Assembly (NCBI RefSeq): GCF_018350175.1
Contig: NC_058368.1
Coordinates: 237,710,001-237,774,000 of the forward strand
Source of the DNA: Felis catus
Lineage: Eukaryota
Length of the DNA: 64,000 bases
Direction: 5' to 3'
A model generated the notes under the pieces. The model was not told the DNA's origin, searched no databases, and worked only from the letters and a program-made list of their open reading frames with translations. The position numbers were made by a program, and so were the translations under genes. This document shows, one piece after another, positions 37,270-49,406 of this stretch (position 1 is the stretch's first letter; each line of letters begins with the position of its first letter).

Positions 37270-38235
37270 TACGCACAGAACACAAGCACACACTCAGATG
37301 CGCTTGTGGACACGCACACACACGTGCTCATGCACACCTTCACAAGGCACTCACACACACACACACACACGCACACACACACACATGGCTGCCCATACTC
37401 ACACACACGTGCACAGAATCTCACAAGGACAGACACACGTGTGTGAATGTACCGGGCAGGCACTGCACGTAGACACACACAATGCTCACCCCACACAAAT
37501 GAGCACGTACACAAACACATGCGTGCACACGCAAACACAAAACAACACAAGAGCTCTCACACGCGCATAGCCTCACGAGGCTCTACCCACAATCCTGCAC
37601 AGTCACACACACACGTGCACATATGCTCACAGCGGCCTTCACACACGCATGCACATAGGCACATGCAAACAACAGGCATTACTACAGCTCATTCACACAC
37701 CAAAATTCATGTGCACTTTTACATCCACATGCACGTTCACACACGAACACACACAGGTGTGTATATAAACATAAGCACTCAAACACATGTGCACATGGAG
37801 GTACTTGTGCACATGCACAATCGCAGGTACACACACAATCACTCATGAGTCTCACACACGAGTGCACACACAGACACACACACTTGCAACCACTCACACA
37901 TACATGTACAGATGTATGTGGCATTGCACAAACTCACAGAAGTACCCATGTGCACATGAATGCATGTGCACACACAGGCACTCACCCACATACACGTGTG
38001 CACCCATTAACAGGGACACAAACACAAAAATGTGTGCACAAGCACATGCACACACATGCTCACACTCAGAGGTACGCGTACACACCCTCATATACACACT
38101 CACACCTACACACACTTACGACAGTCACACATGTATGCCAGCATGCACACATGCACACCCGTAAGGCACTCGTGCACCTGCACATACACACATGTGGCCG
38201 CTCGCACATGTGCACACAGACACAAACACACTCAC
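37270..38235. repeat. Degenerate (CA)n/(CATG, CACG) tract of about 1 kb
   Basis: Alternating purine-pyrimidine low-complexity sequence. Confidence 0.93.
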
Positions 38236-41200
38236 TGTCAACGTGGAGGTCAGCTCTGCTGATGTGTGTGTGGGGTGAACGTTCAGGACACGGCGTATTA
38301 CTTCACCTTGAACCTGAAATCTGGGAAGGGGGCGCCCTACCCGGCTCAGAGCTCATAGGCGGTTGGGGTGTCCCCGCCATCACAGCCGTGCGAACCACAC
38401 GGAATACACACCACCCCTCTGGAGGCCAGCCGCCCACACTCCGCCAGGAGGGCAGGGGCGACAGGGCCCCTGAGGGGGACGCCGCAGCCGGGAGCAGATG
38501 CACCCACAGGTGGGACAGGTTCAGAGCAGCGGGATTTCCACCTTCGGCTGCTCTGCTTCCTCCCGTGGCCGCTGAGCTGCTGATCCCGGGATGCGCCGGC
38601 TCCTTGGAACACGACTCCTGCCCGGAAGCGCCCTGAGCACCCCGCACTTGCCGTGGACACCCAAGGTCAGGGCGCACGGGCCTTCTCCACTGCCCTGGAG
38701 CCCGACGGGCCCTCCGGCATCTCCTGCCAGCCCGCCTGGCCCAGGGGGCAAGGTTAGCTGAGCAGCTACTGAGCATGGACTTCGCACCAGCGATGGGCAG
38801 ACCGTTTGGGAGCCGGGGCCACAGCAGAGACCTGCCCTCCTGACAGTGCGATGCACCTGCAGCCTGGCGGGACGCGCGCCGGAGGCCTCTCTGTCCCGGC
38901 TGCCCCCCCCCCCGGCTGGCTGCCGCTTCGCTGCTCCCCTCGTCTCCGCACCTGTTACAGAGGGAGGGACTGGGTCCGACCGCACACTCACGCTTCCCAC
39001 CGGCTCTCAGCGGGACCCAACATCGCATCACCATCCCCAGGAGCAGGCAGTTCACGGCCACCACCTCGGTCCCCAGGGCTGGCCGAGCACCATTACCACC
39101 CTCCATCAGTCGGGGCTTCGAGGTGAGGGCTCCCTCTCCAAGAGGGGACCTCTCTGCTCCCAGGTTCCACCGGCATCTCCAAGACGCCCTGACCCTCCCG
39201 CGTCTTCCTGGGCGGCTGCATCTTTCTCCAAAGGCCCGCGTCCAGCCGTCCAGCCGTCCAGCCACTCCAGGAGCTTCCGGCTCATCCACCAGCTGTCACC
39301 TGAGGGCCAGCGTGTGCCAGGCACCAGCCAAGCTTGGTACCAGGGTGGGAACGAGGTGCCCGCCTCTGACCACTGGAGAAGATGAGGCTCCGTCCTGGCA
39401 GGCGGGCCCTAACCCTCACGTGCGGTCCCTCCCCGGGCTCAGCCGCGGCTGCCCCATGCCGTCCCTTCTCCCAGCCCGCAGCCCGCCTCTGCTCTGGCCA
39501 TGCGAGGCCGGCGCCTCTGCCGTTGGGTGTCCTGGCCAGCAGCTCTCCCCACGGGCCGGATCTTTCGTGCGAATCTTGGCCTTCAGTCCTGACACATCCT
39601 TGGCTTGGAAGCATCCCTCCCGCCCCAGAGGCCAGCGCCCACACTGCTGGACCCGCCGCTGCTCCCGCCCTCCCGGCAGCAGGAGCTGCGTGGAAAGGCC
39701 TCTGTTTGCCGCTTAACGGGGTGGGTCTTCGACACGGGCGATGAAACACTGGAGTGTTGGCTTGGCCCGCCTCACAGAGCAGGCTGGGGCCTCGCCGGGG
39801 ACGATCTCTCCTGTCCTGACAAGTCCCCTTCATGACTGGGTAGCTGCCCCTAAACTTGACGTAGCCGGTAACCAATCGGCACGTGATTACAGAGGAGGAG
39901 GATGTCAGCGCCTGAGAGTGGGGCTCACCCGTCCTTGTCTGGCAGAAACATGCAAATAAGCCAAGAGCGAGGCCGCTGCTTTAGCGTTTGTGTTTTTAGC
40001 AGGTTCCGGAAGCAGCTTTGCTACTTTTTCTCCGACTCGAGTGAAGACTTTAGCTGCTGTGATCTTTTAATGCACGATTACGGATGATGAAGGGGTTTGT
40101 TCTCTCGTCCTTAAATCAACTTGCGTCCTATTTTCTGAGACGAGGTGAACTCGGCCACATTCTGAGGACGCAAGTGTCCTCCTGGCTGACCCAAGGGCCG
40201 CTTCGGACGTAAAAGGCGGCTCCTTGCCTTCCTCCTGCCACACCCCCTCAGGGCCCCCCGCTGGCTGCTCCTGAGAGCCCAGGGGCCACAACTCCTCACT
40301 GAGGCTGCTGTGGCCCCGGCCCAGTGCGCCGAGTCCCAGGCCAGTCTACCCTCCGAAAGATCAAGTCACGCCTCATCCTTAAGCTGTGTCTCTCGCTTTA
40401 TCTTCGTCTCACAACGAGTACATTTTGAAAAGAGGGGCCTGAGTCTCCTGGAGGAGAAACCTCCAGGGCTAACGCAAAAGTGTGATCTTCCTCTGGCCCC
40501 TCGCTGCTTCCGTTGTCAGGAAGTGCTTCTCTGCACACAGTTCCGCGAGAGACACGTGGAGCCACAGCTGACGTAGGAAGAAAAATGCACGTTTGGGAGA
40601 GCGAAGTATCTATTGCCCTCGGGGGCGGGGAAGGGAATGCGCGGTCACCGTGGACGTTGGGCAGCTCCTCTCAGGCACCCTGTGTGTGTTGGGGGGGGGC
40701 GACGGTAGCCAGGACACTCCCCGGGGAAGGGGACCCCCTAGAGGCTTAGAAGAAAGGCGTCCCCCGACCATCACCGGGGTTAAAGCCGCTGAGACGTTGC
40801 CTTCTGTCTCTCACCAGGGACACATCCCGAGAGTCCGCTCCTCCTGGCCCGCCTTTGTTTTCAGCGGGAGCCATCCAGTTCTGCTGGCCGTTTCCCGCAT
40901 CAGGCTCGGAAACGGGGGGCGTCCTGCCCGGACCGGCCAGAAGGGACCCGCCCTGCGCATGGGGAGGGAACTGGGCCACGCAGCTGGGTCCCAACATTAG
41001 TCCCTCAATTATTAATAACGCAGCCATGAAACTTTAATGGCTCCTTGACAAGTAATGCTTCGGCTGCCATGTCTCTTGACCGCTCACAGAGCAAGTTGCC
41101 CGGAAACGTTGTGGGTGTTCCACCTGCACCCAGTGAGGGGAGGAGGCGAAGGAAGGAAGGCTTTGGGGACACCAGGGCCCTGTCACACTCGCTCGGGGCC

Positions 41201-42259
41201 CAGCAAGGGATGCTCGGAAAAGGCCCATGGAACTGAGACCGCCTGGAACAGTGAATGCGAAGATGGGAGCTGGGACCGCGAAAGTCCAGATGGGAAACCA
41301 AGTCGTGCGGTTTCTGGCTGGTCCCGAGGTTCTTGGAGCCGCTCGCGGAGTGTCCTCCGTGGGCCAGGGCGGGCCGCTCCTCCCGCTGCCCCTGCCTCTC
41401 CTGCATCACCCACCGCACCCCTGCCCCTGCCTCTCCATCAGCCCTGCACCTGCTGCACCACCAACAGGGGCTCCCGCTCCACTCACAAGCTGAGCTCTTG
41501 GCCTTCTGTGACCCCACGTAAGCACACATCTGTGACGCCTGTGTCCTCCCAAACCCCACTTCTGTGAAAGCCCCACCATCCCCTCAGTTCCCGCGACCGG
41601 ACACCTGCATGACATCTTCGAACACCCACGTCCATGGGTCCAGCCCCATCGCCGCGGCTCCGTCCAGGTCTCCCGGGGGCTCAGCTACGCCAACGTCCTC
41701 TCCGCGGGTCTCCTGCCTTCAGACAGCCCGCCGTGGCCCTGAGCGGGGGCCCCCATGGCACCGCAGCCGGAGATCTTCCCAACGGTCCCACGTCAAAGGT
41801 GAAGCTTGTCGGCACAGGGCACAGCCCGTGTCCCCGTGCTGTCCCCTCGAGCGGGCGGGCACCGGGAAGGAAGCCTGGCAGCCAAGGAGGGGGTCTGCAA
41901 ACCCGCAGCCAGGCTCGAGTCCCGCGCGCTCCTGCTGGGCCGGGCGCCCGTGCAGTGTGTCTGCGGCCGGGAGGAGTCGCCTTGAAATTCGGCGTAGGGG
42001 CTGTGCTGGAGCTCTCCGTGGAAAAGTCGTTGCACGCATCTTATGTCATTCCACAGCCCGAGTCCTCTCTTAACAGGCGCACAACACACAGGCGCACACA
42101 TGGATACATTCTGCTTCCGTGTCCATTCTTCTGTTGCCGACACAATGGGATACAACTCATCTTTATAGGACGATTTCCTGTAGGGTGATCTTGCTACATA
42201 TTCTTTATAATTTTAATAATCTAGTTCTGAAGTTTTAGAGATTATTTACCTGTATGATC

Positions 42260-42515
42260 ACGTATCATTATTTCTTATTTTCCAATGCTATATTGGAAAT
42301 ATATTTCTTATATTTCCAATACATATTCTATATACATATTCCATATACACATATGGAATATATATATATTCCACTGTGCACGTGCATTCTCCATATATAT
42401 ATTTATATATTTATAAATATATTTATATTATATAGAATATATTTATAATATTTACATAATCTCCATTTTCCATATATATATATATATATGCCACTGTGCA
42501 TGTGGATTCTCATTT
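42260..42515. repeat. (TA)-rich low-complexity tract
   Basis: TA runs with two related CCACTGTGCA(C/T)GTG(C/G)ATTCTC segments. Confidence 0.85.
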
Positions 42516-43036
42516 TCCATGTCAGGGTATTTTAACATTATGTATGATGTGAGCTATAGGTGTTTTAAAAACTACATTATTTGTAGGTTTAAGAAAACTC
42601 CCTCCTATATCTTATTTTCTAGAATTTGTAGAATGTTTTTCAAACAGATGTTGAATTTTTCCCAGACTATATATCCACACCAAGCGAGATACTATGCACG
42701 TTTTCTCCTTTATTTTGTCAAATTAGTGAAATGTGTTCATTGGTTTTCAAATGTTCACATGAATCTGCTCATCTTGAAATAAATGCAACTTTACACTGGC
42801 ATCTCATCATTTTTTATATACTGATGGGTTCACAGGCAAAACTTCCCGGGTCTAGAGATTTCTTTGTTGGAAGGATTTTTAAGTATAGTGATATATTTTA
42901 ATTTCATAGGAAATTTAAGGCTACCACAATGTTCCACATGTTGTCAATTTTAGAAAAAGTTGTGTTTTTCTAGTAACATAACCACTTTATTTAAATTGTC
43001 CAACTTATTGCCAGAAACCATTCCTAATTCCCTCTT

Positions 43037-43261
43037 ATTTTTTTTTAATTTTTTTTTTCAACGTTTATTTATTTTTGGGACAGAGAGAGACAGAGCATGA
43101 ACGGGGGAGGGGCAGAGAGAGAGGGAGACACAGAATCGGAAACAGGCTCCAGGCTCTGAGCCATCAGCCCAGAGTCTGACATGGGGCTCGAACCCACGGA
43201 CCGCGAGATCGTGACCTGGCTGAAGTCGGACGCTTAACCGACTGCGCCACCCAGGCGCCCC
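43037..43261 (-). mobile_element. Felid SINEC_Fc-type element
   Basis: TTCAACGTTTATTTATTTTTGGGACAG tail and diagnostic body. TSD degenerate. Confidence 0.96.
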
Positions 43262-43754
43262 TTACCTCATATTTTTAATATGTCTTACTTTTCCCTAATT
43301 TCTTGATGCATAAATTATGAAAAACACATTCAATGCTGTAACTTTTCTCTAGAAGAAACTTTACATGCATTACTGAAGTTTTTATATAATGGCATTTTAA
43401 TTTGTATTTAATTCGAACCATTTTTAATTGGCATTGTGATTTATTCCTTGACATATTAGTTATTTACAAGTGCATTGCTTAATTTAAAAATATGTGAGTA
43501 TTTTCTAGGTTTTTTTTTCCTCTTGATTTTGATTTCTGGTTCTCTTCTACTGCAGTCAGAGTATGTACCGTGAATGATTTCAGGCCTTTGAAAATAGTTG
43601 AATCTTGTTTTATGGCCCAGCATATGGTCAGTTTTTGTAAATGCTTAAGGAGTCCTCAAAAGCATTCTTATTCTATAGTAATTAGCTCCAATGTCCTGAG
43701 CATATTAATAGGAACATGCTTACCATGTTCACATCTATATCTCTACTGATTTTG

Positions 43755-44460
43755 CCTTTTTATACTCTAGATACAAATACCTTATCAGATACATGACTTG
43801 TAATTGTTTTCTTCTGTTCAATGGGTTCTTTTTATTTTCTTGATATTGTCCTTTGAAGCACACATTTTTTTCTTGTTCTTCCGACAAAGTCCAATGCATG
43901 TTTTTCCTTTTCTTGTGCTTTTTGGTGTTATTATGTCTAAGAAATCATTGCTGACTGGAAGGTCAGAAAGATTTACACCTATGTTTTCTTCTAAGAATTT
44001 TATGGATTTAGTACTTATACTTAGGGTTTGGTCCATGTTGAGTGAATCTTGGTATATGGTGTGAGGTAGAGATCAAACGTCGACATTTTGCCTGTTTATG
44101 TCCTGCTGTCCCAGAACCATCAGTTGAAAAGACTGTTTTCCCCCGAATGATCTTGACTCCTTTGTCAATGATCAGTCAACCATAGATGGCTGAATTTACT
44201 TCTGCATCTCACTTCTAGAGCATCGATCTATCCGTCTATCTTTATGTCATTTTCACACAGTAGTGATTATTGTAGATTTGTAGTAAGCTTGAAATTGCAA
44301 AGTGTGAGTCTTCTGACTTTGTTCTTTTTCAAGATTGTTTTGACTATTTTGGATCCTTTGAATTTTAATACAAATTTTAGGATCAGCTTTTCAATATCTG
44401 TGTGTGCGTGTGCACGTGTGAGCACACACACATACACACACACACACACACACAGATGCG

Positions 44461-44506
<46 letters not shown>

Positions 44507-44825
44507 CCGGCTGGGAAAATGGCTAGAATCGTGATGACTTTATAGATCAATTTGGAGGAATATTTTTACCTTGACGTTAAGTCTTCCAATTCAGACACAG
44601 ATGTATTTGCATTTATTTAAGTTTTAGTTAACTTACTTTAGTGCTGTGTTGTAGTTTTCAGTGCACAAATCTCCCACTTCTTCTGTTGAATTAATTCCTA
44701 AATATACTGATGCCATTCTAAATGGCTTGTTTTCTTAATCTTGTTTTCAGATTGTTCATTCCTAAGAGTAAAGAAATACAATTGCTGGTTGTATACTGAT
44801 CTTGTATGCTGAAACTTTCCTGGAT
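43755..44825 (-). mobile_element. L1 ORF2 3' half (L1MB/MC-like), inactive
   Basis: The minus-strand ORFs give KSIKFLEENIGVNLSDL...NDFLDIITPK...CASKDNIKKIKR and DIEKLILKFVLKFKGSKIVKTILKKNKVRRLTL, which are recognisable L1 ORF2p segments broken by stops and frameshifts. Confidence 0.88.
44399..44503. repeat. Compound (TG)/(CA)/(CG)/(CA) microsatellite
   Basis: About 105 bp of nearly unbroken purine-pyrimidine alternation, including GCGCGCGCGCGC. Confidence 0.95.
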
Positions 44826-44829
44826 GTTG

Positions 44830-45900
44830 GAGAGAGGGAGATCTTGTATATCCTTACATGCCTGGAACCCATAAGTCTACCAGTCTTTGCTGAGGGACTC
44901 TGGGTGAACGTGGAGGAACATCTTCAACACACAGTCAGGCAGATTACAACCTGACCCTCTCCTTCACCTCCTGCCTGTGCAGAGCCTCAGGGGTGGTAGC
45001 TAAAGGTGAGAGCTTGAGGTCTTTTCGCTCTTTCTTGAGCATATGCTCAACTCTGCATATGCACATGTCCATCTAGATAGATTCCAAAGAATATCTTGGA
45101 GTTTTCCAAGCCTTTACACACGTCTCACTTCCTAACTTTTCCTTTTATTGACTGATTGATCTATTGCTTAGCACAGAGTTGCCCCAACTGTTACCTATTG
45201 CCTTAAGCAACCTCAAAGTTCAAAAATTGCCTCTAATTGTTGCTGACGCACACCACTGGGTAAAGGGCTGCTCTGCTGGGTGAACTCCAAATGAGGTTAA
45301 ATGAAGACAGCCTCATGAGTGAGTCTCTCAGGGAGTTACCAGAGGAATCAAAACATGCCAACTGGGGGAAGAGGTTTTGAAGGATCTCCAGACTCATTCT
45401 TCCCATTCCATGGCTGTCAGGCTGCTGGTCTTCACCATGACTGTGGGCCATTGGTGTTCAAGCCTACCAGAGGACTGGGGGTGAGAATGTGGGGATAGGG
45501 CAGGTTAAAATACCATACAGCTCTCTTCCTAATGATATTTAGTTGTTTTTCTTGAATAAGTACTCCCTAGATTGCTATAAGTCTTCGGTTAATTTCCAGA
45601 GTTTTGAAAAAGTTGATTCTGGCAAACTTGATGCACTGTTCTCCTTGGTTTTATGGATGAGAAAATTTTCAGGGGTCCCTAATCCACCGATTCTGTTGAG
45701 ATTCTCTTTCCTGCCTTGACTTTTGCAGGACTTTTCTGTGTCACACGTCATAGAATTCTGTTTCACCAGTTGTTTTCCCTCAGCATTTAAAATACATCAC
45801 GTACTATACTCCAGCTTCCACTGTTTCCATTGAGAAGTCAGCCACCAGTCAGATTGTGTTGGCTTTGCAGTTTTGTAGTTGGTGTGACCTTCACGTCTCC
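44830..45900 (-). mobile_element. Old L1 5'-region fragments (L1MC/MD-like 5' end, then an ORF1-like piece at about 45750-45900)
   Basis: TTTTTCTTGAATAAGTACTCC...GGTTAATTTCCAGAGTTTTGAAAAAGTTGATT and TGTTTCCATTGAGAAGTCAGC resemble recalled L1M 5' consensus text. Confidence 0.6.
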
Positions 45901-45974
45901 TTTAAAGATTTATTCATTTATTTACTTACTTATTTATAGATTTATTTTTGTTTGTGTGTGTGGTTCTCTCCTTT

Positions 45975-46140
45975 ACAAGGTATCTGGAGTGTGTGAGAGT
46001 GTATTTGTTGTCACAGTGATGGGATCACCACCGGCACTGTGTTGGCAAGGGCTAAAGATTCATGGAATTTCTGTACTTCATGGCCATATGGTGAAGGGTC
46101 CCCAGCCCAAGTCCAATGATTCCACCCTGAAAAATTATAT
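45975..46140. mobile_element. Possible MER20-family hAT element
   Basis: TTGTTGTCACAGTGATGGG...GGCACTGTGTTGGCAAGGGCTAAAGAT...CCCAGCCCAAGTCCAATG loosely follows MER20/MER20B. Confidence 0.4.
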
Positions 46141-46245
46141 CAGAGGAGGGTCTCAGTGACTGGAGAGAAATCTGCTCCACCCCATGACCTCCAGGTTGCA
46201 GCATTCCAACATTTTTTGATCATCCACTGGTGGGACTGAGGTTCC

Positions 46246-46482
46246 TTTTTTTTTTTTTTGAGCTTATTTATTTATTTTGAGAGAGAAAGAGAGAGTGAGG
46301 AAGGAGTAGAGAGAGAGAGAGAGAGAGGGAGAAAGGGAGAGAGAGAGAGAAGGAATCCCAAGCAGGCTCTGCACTGTCATCATGGAAACTGATATGGGGC
46401 TTGAACCCACCAACAGGGAGATCATGACACGAGCTAAAATGAAGAGTTGGACACTTAACCAAAGGAGCCCCCCAGATGCCCC
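46246..46482 (-). mobile_element. Diverged CanSINE with a TSD
   Basis: Flanks GGACTGAGGTTCCT and GGACTGAGGTCCTT, long (GA)n tract. Confidence 0.94.
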
Positions 46483-46669
46483 TGGACTGAGGTCCTTAAC
46501 ACCCACATTGCCAAGGGCAGTGTGAGCTCAAGACCTAGGAAAGTCTGGTCTTCGGAAGAAAGTCCTCAAGGATTCCTACAGCTGTGTATCTTGGAAAGCC
46601 ACCATGGACTGGAGTCAAGGAAAAACAAAGCAAGAACTGAATGCATTTTTCCCTCCGAAACTGGCAGTC

Positions 46670-46830
46670 AGAGGGAGTGAGAGAGTCCTTGTTTCAGATG
46701 AAATAAGAGATCAGGTCAAGTTCACTAAGACACGTCTCTTGTGAGATGCCCTGATAGACCTCACAGTGGAGACCTGAGTGGGTGGATCTAGGACTCAGGG
46801 AACACATCATTTTGCCAGGCTTGGCTTCCA
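46670..46830 (-). mobile_element. L2 fragment
   Basis: CAAGTTCACTAAGACACG...TGAGATGCCCTGATAGACCTCACAGTGGAGAC...TCTAGGACTCAGGG resembles the antisense L2 RT region. Confidence 0.45.
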
Positions 46831-49039
46831 GAAACTCACTTGGAGCAACAGGTTATTGGGGATGAGGGAGGAGTAACCTCACCTCTGTACACCAGACGAG
46901 GGATGCAGTTCTAACTCTGAGATTTCTTTCCATGCCAGCCAAGGCGTAAAAACTCTTCACGCACCTTCGTCAGTTTGAAGAATTCAAAGGGTCACTGTCC
47001 TAGAAGGTAAAGAGCTAGTTAAAACCATCCTGTAGTTATTACAATTCCTCCTTATTAACTCGAGTTCCATTCATTTTCTTCTGGTGACCTCTAATCTCTA
47101 GCTGAAGAGTGCTTCCGGGTGAGGATGCGCTTTTTGTCTGGTGTGGGAGTGAGGAATTCGTTTTCATGTCGACATCATCCATAGTTAATCAGGTGGAGAA
47201 GAAATTAGATTCCCAGAATTCTCTCACAAACATAATTCTTCAAAGGAAAAAACAAAAGTGCTTCCTCCGTAGCCCACGATAGAGATTTCGCATCAACACA
47301 CCCTTGCCTAATGGTAGATAAGTTCTCGAGGGCGTAAAGCACCCAGTGAACTGTTTTAGATGGAGAAGTGTGGTTTTATGGCAGTCTGTGTGCCCACGCA
47401 TACCTCTAGTGTTATGTCAAGGATTTATGTCCTCCGAAGTGTCGTCCTCTCAGCCCCGATGTATTTTCTCAGCGTTGCATAAGTTAGCCTATGCAGTGTC
47501 CTATGACCCAGTTCCCAAGTATAATTAATTTCTGCTGCCTGAACCAGCCACCTGGAGTTTCCCCCACGCGTTCCCTCACCGTCCGCCTGGCGCTCAGTGT
47601 CCAGAGACTCGTTAGGAAAGTAAACGCCACACATTGTACGTCCTGGAAGACAATGGAGCGGGAGCACCAGCCGGGGGAACGCACAGCTTTTGTACCTCGG
47701 GATTGTCCCCAAATCTGCATGGGTGATGAGACGGCACCGCCACGAGAGTGACAGGGCCGCTGAGTGCGAGGCCAGGGTTTTAAATAATAGAAACTCCTAT
47801 TAGGTGAATTTGTGAAGAAACTGAAAAGTTATAACAATAGTGCGTACCCTTCAATACCTTCCACTCAGCGGATGCATAAGGGGTCCTGAATCATTTATGC
47901 CAACATGCAGGAAACTGATAAATTTTGAACAAATTTAATTGAAATCACCCCGGGAGAGAGTGTGAAGGATTAAGTTTCGTGGGCTCACCAAGTGTCAGGG
48001 CGCTAGACCGCTCCCTTCTGAAGTCTACTTTTGTCCTCCCCCGAAATAAAAGGTTCCAAGCCTCAAACAAGAATGAATGCGAGTTTAATCACATCTTAGA
48101 AATGAAAAGCATGGTGCTTTGCCGTGTAATGAGATGTGAAGAAGGTGTTTAACCAGACAAGCCACAAGGGGAGGTTTTACTTTAATAGTAGGGTATGAAA
48201 TCCATAGGCTCTGTTGGGGTCTCCACACCCCCTCTCGTGGGAACAGTGTGCCCCCAGAATGACACACACCCCAGGCAGGTTTGGGGGGACGCACGTGTTC
48301 CCGGCACGGAGCCCGCGTCACCTCCAGCCCTGCCGTGTGGTTTATCCAGAAAGCACCGCCTTTCAAACTTACTGGTGGCAACTTCTTGACTGACAAGTTA
48401 GGGGGCTCCGCACGGCCTGGGGGGACACACAGGCGGCTGGATCTTCCCAGCTGCTCAAGGTTAGGTGGCACGGATTCCCTGAAATCCAAGCCACACCGTC
48501 TTCCAGGAGAAAACAGAATCTGTGTCAGCTGCAGGGAGGGGTCTCCACTTGCCCCGTGGTGTTTGTGCCCCGAGTGACAGGCCGGCTCCGTGCATGAAAG
48601 CAGGACGGTGGAAAAGTGGTTCCTGGGGGCTGTGGCTCATCAGTCCACCTGGCCCGTCTCTGCGGTGCTGCTCGCGGCCAGAGAATCACGAGCTGTGTCA
48701 CCCAGACACGCGGCGAGGGGAGGGGACTTTGCTTGCCGACTTAGAGCTGATGGCCCCAGGTCCCACTTGGTTCCTTTTCTGAGAGTCTCGGGGCTGATAA
48801 GAGCTGGAAGGGGCAGGAATTTGTTCCTTCAACCCCCGTCCTTGAAGACCGTAGTAACATCAGATGCATGCTTCCCAGTCTGGTTCCGCCCCCCTGCGGG
48901 GACAGGGGCTCAGGTCCCTCGGGCGACCCGTGAGGAGGTTCCAAGGAACAGCCCTGCCTTCACCCTCCCGTGTCCTTGGACCTCCATCAGGAGCCGGCCT
49001 CGTGGGCACTGGATCGCATCGAGAAACCTGTCTGTTAAC

Positions 49040-49406
49040 AGAGCAAGGGGTTACGACCAGGCCTATAACAGACACTACGGACAGCAGGTTACACGACATA
49101 AACTCACTTCTCACAGTTCTGGAGGCTGGAAATTCGAGTTCAGGCTGCCGGCAGATTCGATGTCTGACGAGCTGTGCTTCCTGCTTCGCAGACTCTGCCT
49201 TCTCACTGTGTCCTCACCTGGGGGATGGAGCCAGGGGGCTCCCTGGGGCCTCTTTATAAGGACACTAACCCCATCCACGGGGGCACCACCCTGCCAGGCT
49301 GATCACATCCCCAAGACCCACCTTCGAACACCATCACCTCGCAGGTTAGGATTTCAGTGTATGAAGCGGGGGCGGAGAGCAGAACAAACATTCAGTCTAT
49401 TGTAAC
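49040..49406 (-). mobile_element. MaLR LTR (MLT1A-like)
   Basis: TTCTCACAGTTCTGGAGGCTGGAA...GCCTTCTCACTGTGTCCTCAC...CTCTTTATAAGGACACTAACCCCAT...GTTAGGATTTCA...CAAACATTCAGTCTAT. Confidence 0.88.

Larger units (their letters stand above)
42190..43755 (-). mobile_element. Old L1 ORF2 fragment, interrupted by a TA-rich tract and a SINE
   Basis: T-rich antisense L1 signatures such as TATGATGTGAGCTATAGG, TGTTGAATTTT and TGTTTTATGGCCCAGCATATGGTCAGTTTTTGTAAATG. Confidence 0.75.

Noticed and set aside
37845..39289. Overlapping 263-aa and 328-aa ORFs
   Set aside because: They derive from the CA tract and stop-poor GC-rich sequence. P/G/R/A-biased with no homology I recognise.
43818..44503. ORFs with real protein similarity
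   Set aside because: Broken L1 ORF2p fragments, not a host gene.
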